In this document: in pieces, positions 1 to 9,465 of the stretch | Layout of the letters: each line of letters opens with the position of its first letter | Numbering within the stretch: position 1 is the stretch's first letter | From: Clostridiales bacterium | GTDB taxonomy: Bacteria > Bacillota > Clostridia > Lachnospirales > WQUN01 | DNA: 64,000 nt | Reading direction: 5' to 3' | Assembly: GCA_031270945.1 (NCBI GenBank) | Contig: JAISWZ010000531.1 | Coordinates: 13,473-77,472 of the forward strand | The notes under the pieces: model-generated | The model's input: the letters and a program-made list of their open reading frames with translations, nothing else | The model's database searches: none | What the model was told of the DNA's origin: nothing | Program-made: the position numbers and the translations under genes

Positions 1-2
1 CT

Positions 3-692
3 GGAGAGCTCGGCGAGGAAACCTTGGCCTGGCTGGACAATCAGCTTAAAGAGGCGAATCTTCAAGGCGCTAAAGCCATAACAGCCACGCACCACAACCT
101 GTTCTCCCATAACAGGCTTTTTTCTTCGTATGCTGTAAAGAACGGAGGGCAAGTGGCAGAGGTTCTGGCTTCGCATGGAGTGCCAGTCAACTTGAGCGGC
201 CATATACATGTCCAAAACATTGCATCGCAGGAAGTCAAAAATAGGACGATATATGACATAGCGACCAGCTCGCTTGCGGTCTACACAAACCAGTACGGCG
301 TCTTGAAAGTTGGAAGCCAGCTTGAATACCAGTCGAAAGAGCTAAACATGGAGGCCTGGGCCACCGCTAACGGCATTGCAGACCCAAATCTCCTGAACTT
401 TGAAGCCTATTCTTACAAGTTCTTCGGGAACGCCGGAAGCGGAGGATTTATAGAGCGCATAAAAAGCTTGGGCATATCCCAGGAAGAGGCGGCTCTAGCC
501 GCAAACGCCATAAACGAGATAAACGCCAGATATTTCTCAGGCACCTTGCCAATTTACAGGGATGAGATCATGAAAAGCGAAGGGTATAAGCTGCTCACGA
601 ACACGGGTTCGTTTGGAGGAGCTTATGTAGATAGCCTAATGAATGGGCCTTTCATGGACAATGGCAGACTGGTTGTTGATCTGGGGAATTAA
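3..692 (+). CDS. metallophosphoesterase family protein, C-terminal part (5' end outside window)
   Basis: Frame-3 ORF open from the window edge to the stop at 690-692. SGHIHVQN block is typical of calcineurin-like phosphoesterases. Confidence 0.65.
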   Translation, partial: GELGEETLAWLDNQLKEANLQGAKAITATHHNLFSHNRLFSSYAVKNGGQVAEVLASHGVPVNLSGHIHVQNIASQEVKNRTIYDIATSSLAVYTNQYGVLKVGSQLEYQSKELNMEAWATANGIADPNLLNFEAYSYKFFGNAGSGGFIERIKSLGISQEEAALAANAINEINARYFSGTLPIYRDEIMKSEGYKLLTNTGSFGGAYVDSLMNGPFMDNGRLVVDLGN

Positions 693-970
693 AGGCAAGA
701 GACATAAACAAGGGCGTACCGCGTTTGACATTATCAAGGGCATATAGCCAAAAATTTGAGAGCTAAAAAATGCCATAGCAAAAATCTAAATATAAAAATC
801 TAAATATAAAAATAGTAAATTATAACAAATATTAGCATTTGGCCATTCAATAGTGATTTGAACGCTAAAACACTGCGCGTTCAAGGGTTTTTTAACATGC
901 GCAAAGAGTTGACAGCAGATTTGCTATGCTATATATTTTGATTGCGGATTTTTTTGTTTTTATAATTACA

Positions 971-1000
971 AAAAACCGGCGCTTCCAGCGCCGGCTTTTT
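971..1000 (-). terminator. Rho-independent terminator after the alarmone synthetase gene (hairpin also readable on + strand)
   Basis: CCGGCGC-ttcca-GCGCCGG hairpin flanked by A5/T5 runs, about 11 nt beyond the stop at 1011. Confidence 0.7.
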
Positions 1001-1010
1001 GAAAAAGTGC

Positions 1011-1736
1011 TCATTTGTCCAACATTTCGTGATAAATGGACTGCATGCCTAGATCGATCTCAGCGAGCACCTCAGCGCAGTTCTTGAGCCGCTCCGTTGT
1101 TTCTTGGGGAACTTCAACGCCCCTCTTGTACCGGATCTCGTGCTCAAGGCTGGCCCACATGTCCATGGCTATGGTTCTTATTTGAATCTCCACAGGCACG
1201 TGCCCAAAGGATGAAGCGAAGGCGATTGGCGCCCTCACTACCAAGTGCAGGCTTCTGTAGCCGTTGTCCTTGGGCTTTGTGATGTAGTCCCGCTCCTTTA
1301 TGAGCTCTATCTCCTTGTTGGTCAGAAAAAAATCAGCGATGACATGGATGTCTTTGATGTACGGGCAAACAATCCGAAGTCCCGCTATGTCAGTTATGTT
1401 TGCCGTGATGTTGCTGATGGATGGCTCCAATCCCTTCCTGGAGAGCTTTTCAAGGATGCTCAAAGGCGACTTGAGCCTCCGCTCTATATGGTGTATGGGA
1501 TTGTGGTCATGCGTGGCCTGGAACTCATCGCTGACAATCTCAAGCATGGTTCCAACGCTTTTGATGGCGGCGTTGTAGTCAGAGTAAAGCTTGGTGATGG
1601 TTTCAAGCCGTTCGTCCTGCTTGTCGCCGCCTTTGATGTTAGCGAGCATAACGCTGACGAAGGAATCTTTTTCGTGCACCACATAATCCGCCTCCAGCTT
1701 CAGTGCCGTTGCCCTGCCGACTGGCGTCGGCATATG
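1011..1736 (-). CDS. small alarmone synthetase, RelA/SpoT synthetase-domain protein (GTP pyrophosphokinase family)
   Basis: Motifs GLRIVCPYIKD, GYRSLHLVV, PVEIQIRTIAMDMWASLEHEIRYK. ATG at 1736 is preferred because the longer TTG start at 1829 sits in a repeat half-site (LGYAL artefact) and has no SD. Confidence 0.8.
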   Translation of the reverse strand, partial: HMPTPVGRATALKLEADYVVHEKDSFVSVMLANIKGGDKQDERLETITKLYSDYNAAIKSVGTMLEIVSDEFQATHDHNPIHHIERRLKSPLSILEKLSRKGLEPSISNITANITDIAGLRIVCPYIKDIHVIADFFLTNKEIELIKERDYITKPKDNGYRSLHLVVRAPIAFASSFGHVPVEIQIRTIAMDMWASLEHEIRYKRGVEVPQETTERLKNCAEVLAEIDLGMQSIYHEMLDK

Positions 1737-1942
1737 GACGGCCCTTCGGAATCGATCTCTTGATCTGCTTCTATTATAACCTAAAAGCGCGGACAGGGCA
1801 ATACTGGCCAGAATAAGAGCATATCCCAAAATTTATGCGTTTGCATTCAGATATGCGCTAACGGAGCGGAACCAAAGCGTATTCCAACTATGACAGGCGG
1901 ATGATATTTATCGCAACTGAAAAGACAGCGGATCGCTCCGAC

Positions 1943-3307
1943 ATGAGCACGGGGCCTATCCTTAACAAGCTGCTCCTGTTGGCTGCGCCAATGATGGGAA
2001 CGCAGCTTGTGCAAATGCTCTACAACCTGACAGACATGTTCTGGGTTGGACGCCTTGGCAGCAATGAGGTTGCCGCCACTGGCGCGACAGGAATGTACAT
2101 TTGGCTTTCGGTGGCGTTCATGCTCTTTGGAAGCCTGGGCGCAAGCATCGGAGTCTCCCAGTCCATCGGGCGGGGAGATCTGGGCAAGGCGGAATCGTTC
2201 GCCCGCACCGCGCTGGCTTTGGCGCTGGCGTTCGGCTTGGTTTGCGGCTTGGTCATGTTCGTCTTCAAAAGCCCAATGGTGGCTTTTTTCGCTTTCAAGG
2301 AAGAAGATGTTTCAGAGCATGCCAGGCGATATCTTGCCATAGTTGCGGCCTCGGTGCCCTTTTCCTATGTGTCCGCCTCCCTTGCCAGCGTATTCAACGC
2401 TTCAGGAAGATCTAAGGTTCCGCTCGCTTGCAGCCTTGTTGGAACAGGCTTGAACGTCATCTTGGATCCTATTTTTATTATTGTTTTAGGTCTGGGAGTA
2501 TCCGGGGCGGCTATAGCCACGGTCATAGGAAACGCCGTAGGCGCCGCGCTCCTTTTGTTTTGCCTCAAGAGAAGCAAAAGCAGGCCCTTTGAAAATTTCA
2601 AGATATTCAAGAAGCTTGATTTCAAGGACGTCAGGCAGATCCTCAAATGGGCGGCCCCTGTTTGCCTTGAAAGCTTTCTCTTCACGTCCCTGGCCATGAT
2701 AACTTCAAGACGCGAGGCTTCCTTTGGCGCTGACGCAATGGCGGTAAGCCGCGTTGGATCACAGATTGAATCCCTCACCTGGCTTGTGGGCGCTTCCTTC
2801 GGCACAGCCCTCACAGCTTTCGCTGGGCAGAATTACGGGGCTGGAAAGTGGGATCGCATCCATAAGGCGTTTAAGATATCAAGCGTAGGCATGGCGGCCT
2901 ACGGGCTGTTTGTAAGCTCAGTGCTGGTGTTCGCGGGACGGTTCCTGTTCACGCTGTTCTTGCCTGATTCAGGGCTTGAGGATCTGAGCTCGAAGTATCT
3001 GTCAATAATAGCGATCTGCCAGGTCCCAGTCTGCATGGAGGCTACCGCCTCAAGCATGTTCCGTGGCCTGGGGAGGACATTGCCGCCCTCAATCGTGAAC
3101 ACCACATGCAACATCATACGGGTTCCGCTTTGCTACCTATTGTCCATGACATCCCTGGGCCTGGTAGGAGTATGGGCGGGAATATCCTTTGCGGCCTGCC
3201 TTAAGGGGGCCTGGTCATACCCATGGTTCTTCCTGTCAAGGAAAAGGCTTCAGCGCGAAAACCCGCTCGGGCTTAAAGCGCCGGATCCTGAGCCTGTTTC
3301 GGTTTGA
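1943..3307 (+). CDS. MATE family efflux transporter
   Basis: Polytopic membrane profile. N-terminus ILNKLLLLAAPMMGTQLVQMLYNLTDMFWVGRLG is the typical MATE start. The start could instead be 1901. Confidence 0.85.
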   Translation: MSTGPILNKLLLLAAPMMGTQLVQMLYNLTDMFWVGRLGSNEVAATGATGMYIWLSVAFMLFGSLGASIGVSQSIGRGDLGKAESFARTALALALAFGLVCGLVMFVFKSPMVAFFAFKEEDVSEHARRYLAIVAASVPFSYVSASLASVFNASGRSKVPLACSLVGTGLNVILDPIFIIVLGLGVSGAAIATVIGNAVGAALLLFCLKRSKSRPFENFKIFKKLDFKDVRQILKWAAPVCLESFLFTSLAMITSRREASFGADAMAVSRVGSQIESLTWLVGASFGTALTAFAGQNYGAGKWDRIHKAFKISSVGMAAYGLFVSSVLVFAGRFLFTLFLPDSGLEDLSSKYLSIIAICQVPVCMEATASSMFRGLGRTLPPSIVNTTCNIIRVPLCYLLSMTSLGLVGVWAGISFAACLKGAWSYPWFFLSRKRLQRENPLGLKAPDPEPVSV

Positions 3308-3352
3308 GCGGCGGATTGCCCCCGGGCGAAAGCCTGGGGGCGCATGCTCTGA

Positions 3353-3430
3353 TAAAAATAAAAAAAAATAAAAAAATAAAATAAAAAATAAATAAAAAAA
3401 TTAATAAAAATAAAAAAATAAATAAAAAAG
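3353..3430. repeat. 78-bp almost pure A (T on minus strand) low-complexity tract
   Basis: Read directly: aaaaataaaaaaaataaaaaaataaaataaaaaataaat... It abuts the tRNA terminator hairpin, so it is a long U-rich tail on the minus strand. Confidence 0.9.
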
Positions 3431-3453
3431 AATCCCGCATAAAATGCAGGATT
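3431..3453 (-). terminator. terminator hairpin of tRNA-Gln
   Basis: AATCCTGCA-tttta-TGCGGGATT on the minus strand (one mismatch), followed by the long T-rich tract. Confidence 0.65.
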
Positions 3454-3458
3454 CCCAA

Positions 3459-3530
3459 CTAGGCTGGTAGGATTCGAACCTACGAATGACGGAGTCAGAG
3501 TCCGTTGCCTTACCGCTTGGCGACAGCCCA
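3459..3530 (-). tRNA. tRNA-Gln (anticodon CUG)
   Basis: Manual cloverleaf: acceptor UGGGCUG/CAGCCUA, D-arm UCGCCAAGCGGUAAGGCA (matches E. coli tRNA-Gln as I recall it), anticodon stem ACGGA/UCCGU with loop CU-CUG-AC, T-arm GUAGG-UUCGAAU-CCUAC, discriminator G. No encoded CCA. Confidence 0.9.
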
Positions 3531-3567
3531 ATGCGTTTTTGCTCCCTGGAGCATCACGACAAAAAGT

Positions 3568-3596
3568 ATTATACTAGCAACCGGTTCACATGTCAA
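3568..3596 (-). promoter_or_regulatory. consensus sigma-A/sigma-70 promoter of tRNA-Gln
   Basis: Minus strand reads TTGACA-17 nt-TATAAT, about 35-40 nt upstream of the tRNA 5' end. Confidence 0.65.
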
Positions 3597-3770
3597 GCCC
3601 TATTTAAAAAAATTTTTTTGGGGGGCGCTCGGTGATCTGCGGCGAGGGGCGAAGCTTTTTAAATAAAAAACCCCTTGTTCTGGCGGACGAGCGCTTGTCG
3701 GCAAGCTGAAGCCGACACTTGGACAGTGGCTTGAGTTATAAATTGGCAAAAAACTAATGTAGGCGTAAGC

Positions 3771-3892
3771 CCCTTAGCGCCCTAAAGCGCCGAGCAACCT
3801 AAAGCGTCTAGCGCCCCAAAGCGTCTAGCGTCAACAAGCGCCGAGCGTCAACAAACGAGCGTCAACAAACGCCTAGCGTCAACAAACGCCAA
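3771..3892. repeat. degenerate 13-17 bp tandem repeats (AGCGTCAACAAACG-type)
   Basis: agcgtcaacaa recurs at about 3827, 3844, 3858 and 3875, preceded by related cctaaagcg/ccaaagcg units. Confidence 0.8.
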
Positions 3893-4198
3893 AGGCTTGC
3901 CCCCTAGAAACAAGAAATCCAGAAAAATCAAGACCAAAGCAAAGAGCGACAAATTCGCTCCATCGCCCGCAGACGCTTAGCGCCTATCGGGCCCGCGCAT
4001 ATAAAACCCAAGGCCGCATCTTAGCCCCTTGGGATATGCCGCAACTTGGGCTGCCCGCCATTTCCATTTGGACGCTCAAGCATACTGACGAGCGCTAGAT
4101 TAAGCATTTTCTTGCCGTTGGCAGAGGCATTGCTTGCTTCTGAGGCGACAAAATATTTGCGTTTAGCGTTTGCCAGTATAGAACAGGAGGCTCTTGGG

Positions 4199-4789
4199 AT
4201 GCCGAAACTTCTTTATCAAGGACACGGAAGCTATCGCCTTGAATCAAACGCCGGGCTTGTCATCTACGTGGATCCATACGCAGGGGACGGCTACAGGGCG
4301 CCCGCCGACATCATTCTGGTCACTCACCAGCACAGCGACCACAACCAGATAGACCGCTGCTTCAAGAAGCGCGACTGCGATATCGTAACAAACGCGGAAG
4401 CCCTCGAGGGCGGAACCCACAACAGCTTTTCTATCAAGGGAGTGAAGATCCAAGCTGTGGAAGCAAGCAACATCAACCATGACCCCAGGAGATGCGTAGG
4501 CTACATAATAGAGCTGGACGGCGTTTTGATCTATGCCGCAGGAGACACGTCCAAAACCGCGCAAATGGATGAGTTCGCGAAGCTTAACCTAGACTACGCT
4601 CTCCTGCCCGCTGACGGCGTGTACAACATGGATTTGCGCGAGGCGGCGCAGTGCGCCAGGCTCATTAACGCTAAGCATAACATAGCGATCCACCTTAAGC
4701 CCGGCGCCCTGTTCGACTTCAAGAAGGCGGAAAAATGGGACGCGCCCAACAAGCTCATAATCGAGCCGGGAGAGGAAATCGAGCTTTAA
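4199..4789 (+). CDS. MBL-fold metallo-hydrolase
   Basis: HQHSDHN (HxHxDH) motif. ATG at 4199 lies 8 nt after AGGAGG. The upstream part of the 4046 ORF has no coding-like features. Confidence 0.75.
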   Translation: MPKLLYQGHGSYRLESNAGLVIYVDPYAGDGYRAPADIILVTHQHSDHNQIDRCFKKRDCDIVTNAEALEGGTHNSFSIKGVKIQAVEASNINHDPRRCVGYIIELDGVLIYAAGDTSKTAQMDEFAKLNLDYALLPADGVYNMDLREAAQCARLINAKHNIAIHLKPGALFDFKKAEKWDAPNKLIIEPGEEIEL

Positions 4790-4925
4790 GATATTTAAGG
4801 CTATCATAATCGAGAGTTTAGCGCTCTCATAATATTTAGCGCTAGGGGCTAGGGTGCCCAGCGCCCGCCTGCGCTTGATTGGAAAGTTGAAACGCTATAA
4901 GGAGACAAGCTTGCTTGACAAAAAA

Positions 4926-4955
4926 GAAAGCCCGTTTTTACGGGCTTTCTTTTTT
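4926..4955 (+). terminator. Rho-independent terminator (bidirectional shape)
   Basis: GAAAGCCCG-ttttta-CGGGCTTTC followed by T6 and preceded by A-run. Confidence 0.7.
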
Positions 4956-4985
4956 GCGCTTCGGTCTTTAGGTTTTTTGCAGACA

Positions 4986-5222
4986 AACCAAAGCCCTAAA
5001 ACCGAAGCCATAAAATCAAAGCCCTAAAACCAAAGCCCTAAAACCAAAGCTCTATAACCGAAGCCCTAAAATCGAAGCGCCAGGGACATCTCTCTTGACT
5101 CATCCAAAAATCCCCTCTATCGCCGATTCCAAACCGCAAGCCCCAAATCCCCTATATCGCTAATCCCAAACCGCAAGCCCCTTTGCCCCTCTTTACCCTT
5201 CTTTGCCCCTCCTTTGCCCTCC
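4986..5222. repeat. block of short tandem/direct repeats (AAAGCCCTAAAACC units, CCAAACCGCAAGCCCC x2, CTTTGCCCCT x4)
   Basis: Read directly in the mtlA upstream region. Confidence 0.8.
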
Positions 5223-5372
5223 AATAATTTTCGGCAAAAGCAAGCATCACCATGTCGATTGAAAAATGTTTTACCATGAAATTTGACGGAAAACAGAAAT
5301 TGAGCTAGCAATTAATATAAATTTAAAGCTTTCAAGCCTCTCATTAACGCCCTTTAGCCCAACATATTCTAT

Positions 5373-5415
5373 ATATTCATGTTTGGCGCTGATGACAAGT
5401 GCCAAACATGAATAT
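5373..5415. promoter_or_regulatory. perfect 15-bp inverted repeat upstream of mtlA (candidate operator or leader hairpin)
   Basis: ATATTCATGTTTGGC - 13 nt - GCCAAACATGAATAT, about 85 nt upstream of the mtlA start. Confidence 0.4.
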
Positions 5416-5499
5416 GAAATGCTTGAATGGGCGCATGCAAAAGCATTAAAATATAAGCAAGCAAAGCTAAGGCGTCAAAAATGCGAGGAGGAGAAAGCA

Positions 5500-6882
5500 A
5501 TGAAAGAAAAGATCCAAAGCGCAGGACGGTTCTTAAGCGGCATGATAATGCCAAACATCGGAGCTTTCATCGCTTGGGGGCTTATCACGGCCCTGTTCAT
5601 ACCTACGGGCTGGTTGCCCTATGCGAAGTTTGCAACTCTTGTGGATCCGATGCTCAAGTACCTGCTTCCAGTCCTGATTGGCTATACAGGCGGAAATATG
5701 GTAGGAAAGCAGCGTGGCGCTGTTGTTGGCGCAATCGCCACAATAGGCGTAATCGTTGGAGCGGATATCCCGATGTTCCTGGGCGCCATGATAATGGGCC
5801 CGATAGGCGGCTTGTGCATAAAGAAAGTCGACAAGCTGCTTGAGAGCAAAATCCCCGCTGGCTTTGAAATGCTCGTCAACAACTTTTCCGCAGGCATTCT
5901 GGGCGCGATCCTTGCCTTGTTAGCCATGATAGTCATCAACCCGTTCTGCGTGTTCCTTACCAACGCTCTCGCCTCTGGAGTCCAGGTATTCGTCAATCTT
6001 GGCCTTCTTCCTCTTACAGCCATATTCGTTGAGCCCGCCAAAGTTCTTTTCCTTAACAATGCCATCAACCACGGCATATTCACTCCGCTTGGCCTGGAAG
6101 ACGCCAACCAGCTTGGCAAATCCATATTCTTCATGATAGAGTCCAACCCGGGCCCAGGCTTGGGGCTCCTGCTTGCCTACAGCATCGCTGGCAAAGGCAA
6201 CGCCAAGAGCAGCGCTCCTGGAGCTGCAATCATACATTTCCTCGGAGGAATCCACGAGGTTTACTTCCCATACGTAATGATGAATCCGCTTGTTATCCTT
6301 GCCACCATAGCCGGAAACGCTGTCGGCATCTTCACCCTTCAGATTTTTGGAGGCGGGCTTATTGCCGCCGCGTCCCCAGGAAGCATTTTCGCTGAGCTCA
6401 TGATGACTCCTAGAGGCGCTCATGTAGCAAACATACTAGGAATTCTTCTTTCCGCCGCTGTTTCCTTCGGCCTTTCCCTTGTAATACTCAAGGCGTTTGG
6501 CAAAGAGGGAGACCTTGAAGCTTCAAAGAGAAAGACCGCTGAACTTAAGGCTGAATCCAAGGGCTTCACTCCCAACAAGCCAGCTGGGCTCGTAAAGAAG
6601 ATCATCTTCGCTTGCGACGCAGGCATGGGCTCAAGCGCAATGGGCGCGTCAGTTCTTCGCAAGAAGCTTAAAGCGGCAGGCGTTACCGATGTTGAAGTCG
6701 CCCATTCCCCAGTCAGCGAGGTTCCACCGGACACTGACGTAATACTTACGCACCATGAGCTCAGGGATAGGGCCGCCACAAGTTGCCCGACCGCAAGGCT
6801 TATAACAATCCAGAACTTCATGAACGCGCCAGAGTACGACGCGCTGGCGAAAGAGCTCGCTGAGAGCAAAGTGCTGTCATAG
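5500..6882 (+). CDS. mtlA: PTS mannitol-specific transporter subunit IICB
   Basis: Near colinear with E. coli MtlA as I recall it (GRFLSGMIMPNIGAFIAWGLITALFIPTGWLP, FEMLVNNFSAGI, FVEPAKVLFLNNAINHGIF, IIHFLGGIHEVYFPYV, IIB Cys in IIFACDAGMGSSAMGA). ATG at 5500 follows GAGGAGGAG. Confidence 0.92.
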   Translation: MKEKIQSAGRFLSGMIMPNIGAFIAWGLITALFIPTGWLPYAKFATLVDPMLKYLLPVLIGYTGGNMVGKQRGAVVGAIATIGVIVGADIPMFLGAMIMGPIGGLCIKKVDKLLESKIPAGFEMLVNNFSAGILGAILALLAMIVINPFCVFLTNALASGVQVFVNLGLLPLTAIFVEPAKVLFLNNAINHGIFTPLGLEDANQLGKSIFFMIESNPGPGLGLLLAYSIAGKGNAKSSAPGAAIIHFLGGIHEVYFPYVMMNPLVILATIAGNAVGIFTLQIFGGGLIAAASPGSIFAELMMTPRGAHVANILGILLSAAVSFGLSLVILKAFGKEGDLEASKRKTAELKAESKGFTPNKPAGLVKKIIFACDAGMGSSAMGASVLRKKLKAAGVTDVEVAHSPVSEVPPDTDVILTHHELRDRAATSCPTARLITIQNFMNAPEYDALAKELAESKVLS

Positions 6883-7045
6883 TTTTTATCTTTAGGGAAA
6901 ACGGCATAGGCGCCGGCGCGTACGCGCTGGCGCCTATAGGATTTAATGGGGTGGTTTGACCGAGAAAGCTGAACATGCCAAAAGCCTTTGCTTGCGGTTA
7001 CAAAGTTTTCGCGGCGGATCACGCCCATTGGATAGGAGGATAACA

Positions 7046-7306
7046 TTGGTTGAGCTAAGCTATTTAGTCACAGACGAGGCTGGCATCCACGCTAGGCCGG
7101 CTGGGCGCATTGTCAAAAAGGCGCAAGGGATGAAAAGCGAGATCACCTTGACAAAAGGCGAAAAAACCGTTAGCTTAAAGAAGCTGTTCGCGCTAATGGG
7201 TTTGGCCGTCAAGAAGGGCGAGACCGTTCTTTTGAAATTTGATGGCGAAGATGAGGAGCTAGCGGCGGCAGAGATAAAGAAGGCGATGGAATCTGAGGGC
7301 CTGTGA
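7046..7306 (+). CDS. ptsH: HPr-family phosphocarrier protein
   Basis: GIHARPAG active-site His block and a Ser46-like VSLKKLF segment. TTG start at 7046 is preceded by GGATAGGAGGA. Confidence 0.8.
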   Translation: MVELSYLVTDEAGIHARPAGRIVKKAQGMKSEITLTKGEKTVSLKKLFALMGLAVKKGETVLLKFDGEDEELAAAEIKKAMESEGL

Positions 7307-7316
7307 GGCTAGGGGA

Positions 7317-9305
7317 GTGGCGCTGATGCTCACGCCGAGGACGGCCCAAATGCTAAGCGCGCTAGTGGACAGCGCAACTCCAGTTTCGGTGAACGAGTTG
7401 GGAGAACGGCTTGGAGTTAGCCGTCGAACTGTGTTTAGAGAGCTTGAGAGCGCTGACTCTGCGCTTAGGAGGTTTGGCCTTAGGCTGGGGAGCGTAAGCG
7501 GAAAAGGCATATCCCTGGAGGGCGACAGCTCAGGCTTCAGCAGGCTGAGGAAAGAGCTTGGCAAGCAGGGGGCGGAGCCGTCTAGCAGACAGGAGCGCTG
7601 GTCTAGGCTGGCGCTTGCGCTGGCGTTATCCGGTGTGCCCCAAAAGCTGTTTTACTACGCGGACATACTGAAAGTTAGCGACGCAACGATAAGCAACGAC
7701 ATGGATCGGCTTGAGCCATGGCTGGAAGAGTATGGGCTGGCTCTAACAAGGCGGCAGAGCTTTGGGGTGCTTCTGGAGGGCAAGGAGATCAGGATGAGGC
7801 GGGCTATCATGTCCGTGCTTCGCCAAAGCTCTGGATACCGCCTGGTCTGGGACAGCTTGTCCCCGGATCTGACCGTGGAGGACTTCGCGCCTTGCGCAAA
7901 GGCGGCAAGGGAGATATGCTCCTGGGCCACGCCAGAGTCCCTGGACTCGCTTGAGAGATACCTGCTTGTGACATCACGAAGGATAATGGATGAGCATGAG
8001 CTTGAAGACGAGACTCCGGGAGGAGAATTCCGGGGCATGGCGGTTCAGATCGCAAACGTTGTCGCAAATCACCTGCCCATAGAGTTTTCGCGGGGAGAGC
8101 TGGCGGCGCTGTCTCTTGAGCTTTCGGCTTGCAGGAACAACATGCTCTCGCGGGCTTCGGGCTGCGAGGAAAGCTTGCTAAAACTGAGCCATCAGCTGAT
8201 AGAGGCGTTTGACCCGGTGACCGCGCCAGCGCTGAAGCTGGATGAAGACCTGCTTCAAGGGCTTGGAGCTCATCTTAAGTCAGCGCTAATTAGGCTGAAA
8301 AACAAAGTGGAGCTTTTTGATCCGCTGTACGACCAGATTGCTGAGGGATACCCCGGACTGATGGAGAAGACCGCGAAAGCGGCCAGGCTTCTTTCAAAAG
8401 ACGGCTGGCTCCCGGAGAGCGAGGTCAGCTTTCTGGCCACGCACTTTGGAGGCGCGCTTCACAGGCTTGAAATGAGGGGCGCTCAGCGCAGAAGAGCCAG
8501 GATTGGAATCGTATGCGTAAACGGCATTGGAACATCGCATCTTTTGGCCGCGCAAGTGAGAAAGCACATTCCGGAGGCGGCTGTTGACGTGATAGGCTGG
8601 GAGTCCCAGCCCCAACGATTGGACCTTATAATAAGCTCTGTGCCATTGGAGAGCCCATCCGCTCCGTGCTTTATAGCTCCGCCATTCTTAAGCGACGAGT
8701 TCATAGTGAAGATCAGATCTGAGCTAAGCAGGATAACGTTAAGCTCTTCAGAGCCAGCGAGAGCGGCGGGCGGGGAGTCTACCCTAAGCAGGATTGAGAA
8801 GCTGAAAAACGTGGCCACAGACATCCAAGGCCTTTTGAAGAAGTTCTGCGCGATTTCAATACCAAGAAATGTGACCTACAAAGAGCTGGCTGAGATGGTT
8901 GGCCGGATGCTTGGAGAAGGGGAAAAGGGAGCGGAGCTCATTTGCGAGGGATTGCTGGAGCGGGAGCGCATAGCCAGCCAAGCGGTGCCAGAGCTTGGGA
9001 TAGCGCTTTTGCACTGCCAAAACGATGGAGTGAGCGCTCCTGTGTTTGCGGTTATAAGGCCTGAATCCGGAAATTTCACGATGAAAGGCTATGAAGGCAT
9101 TTGCGAGGCGATAGCGCTGCTGACCCCGAAGGGGTCCAACTCAGACAGGCTGGAGCTTATGGGCGCGATAAGCGCCGCGATAGTGGAGAAAGACGCGTTC
9201 TTGGAAGCGCTCAGGGACGGCGATGGCGACAGCATTCTCAAGTGCCTGGATGAAATATTGGCAGGGCATATGCAGGGGTTCATAAATAGGCACTGGAAAG
9301 ACTAA
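7317..9305 (+). CDS. mtlR: PRD-containing transcriptional regulator, MtlR/BglG family (HTH-PRD-PRD-EIIB-like-EIIA-like)
   Basis: N-terminal HTH (LGERLGVSRRTVFRELE), EIIB-like IGIVCVNGIGTSHLLA, EIIA-like C-terminus (ALLHCQNDG). Sits between the PTS genes. Confidence 0.8.
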   Translation: MALMLTPRTAQMLSALVDSATPVSVNELGERLGVSRRTVFRELESADSALRRFGLRLGSVSGKGISLEGDSSGFSRLRKELGKQGAEPSSRQERWSRLALALALSGVPQKLFYYADILKVSDATISNDMDRLEPWLEEYGLALTRRQSFGVLLEGKEIRMRRAIMSVLRQSSGYRLVWDSLSPDLTVEDFAPCAKAAREICSWATPESLDSLERYLLVTSRRIMDEHELEDETPGGEFRGMAVQIANVVANHLPIEFSRGELAALSLELSACRNNMLSRASGCEESLLKLSHQLIEAFDPVTAPALKLDEDLLQGLGAHLKSALIRLKNKVELFDPLYDQIAEGYPGLMEKTAKAARLLSKDGWLPESEVSFLATHFGGALHRLEMRGAQRRRARIGIVCVNGIGTSHLLAAQVRKHIPEAAVDVIGWESQPQRLDLIISSVPLESPSAPCFIAPPFLSDEFIVKIRSELSRITLSSSEPARAAGGESTLSRIEKLKNVATDIQGLLKKFCAISIPRNVTYKELAEMVGRMLGEGEKGAELICEGLLERERIASQAVPELGIALLHCQNDGVSAPVFAVIRPESGNFTMKGYEGICEAIALLTPKGSNSDRLELMGAISAAIVEKDAFLEALRDGDGDSILKCLDEILAGHMQGFINRHWKD

Positions 9306-9384
9306 GTGCATATCCCAAAATTCCAAAAAAGGTGCTTTAACGCGTTACTTTCACAAGCCATAAATTTAATTTTGGGATATGCTT
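9306..9384. repeat. MITE/REP-like palindromic element (class with internal GCTTTAACGCGT...CACAAGCC module)
   Basis: GTGCATATCCCAAAATT ... AATTTTGGGATATGCTT. Begins 1 nt after the mtlR stop. Confidence 0.85.
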
Positions 9385-9465
9385 TGAGCGCTTGTCCTGA
9401 TGCGTATTGCCATACTTTGATTAGGGATCTAGTCGCCTAAATTTAATCCGAAGGGAAAAGAGACA

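Noticed and set aside
1737-1829. N-terminal ORF extensions beginning MGYAL / LGYAL (also 17582-17629, 36612-37010, 37038-37232 and 60252-60287, with similar extensions at 22227-22292 and 51037-51099)
   Set aside because: The peptide LGYAL is simply the translation of the repeat terminus TTGGGATATGCTCT. These starts lack SD sequences, so shorter starts with SD were chosen or the ORFs were discarded.
3250-3531. ORFs encoding FFIFIFLF-type peptides across A/T tracts (also 10637-10985, 17849-18121 and 31818-32261)
   Set aside because: They are translations of the homopolymer-like tracts. They overlap the tRNA and terminators and are not credible proteins.
3771-5222. CRISPR array hypothesis for the short tandem repeats (also 16625-16835)
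   Set aside because: The repeats are contiguous or irregularly spaced with no unique spacers of constant length. No cas genes or leader are present.
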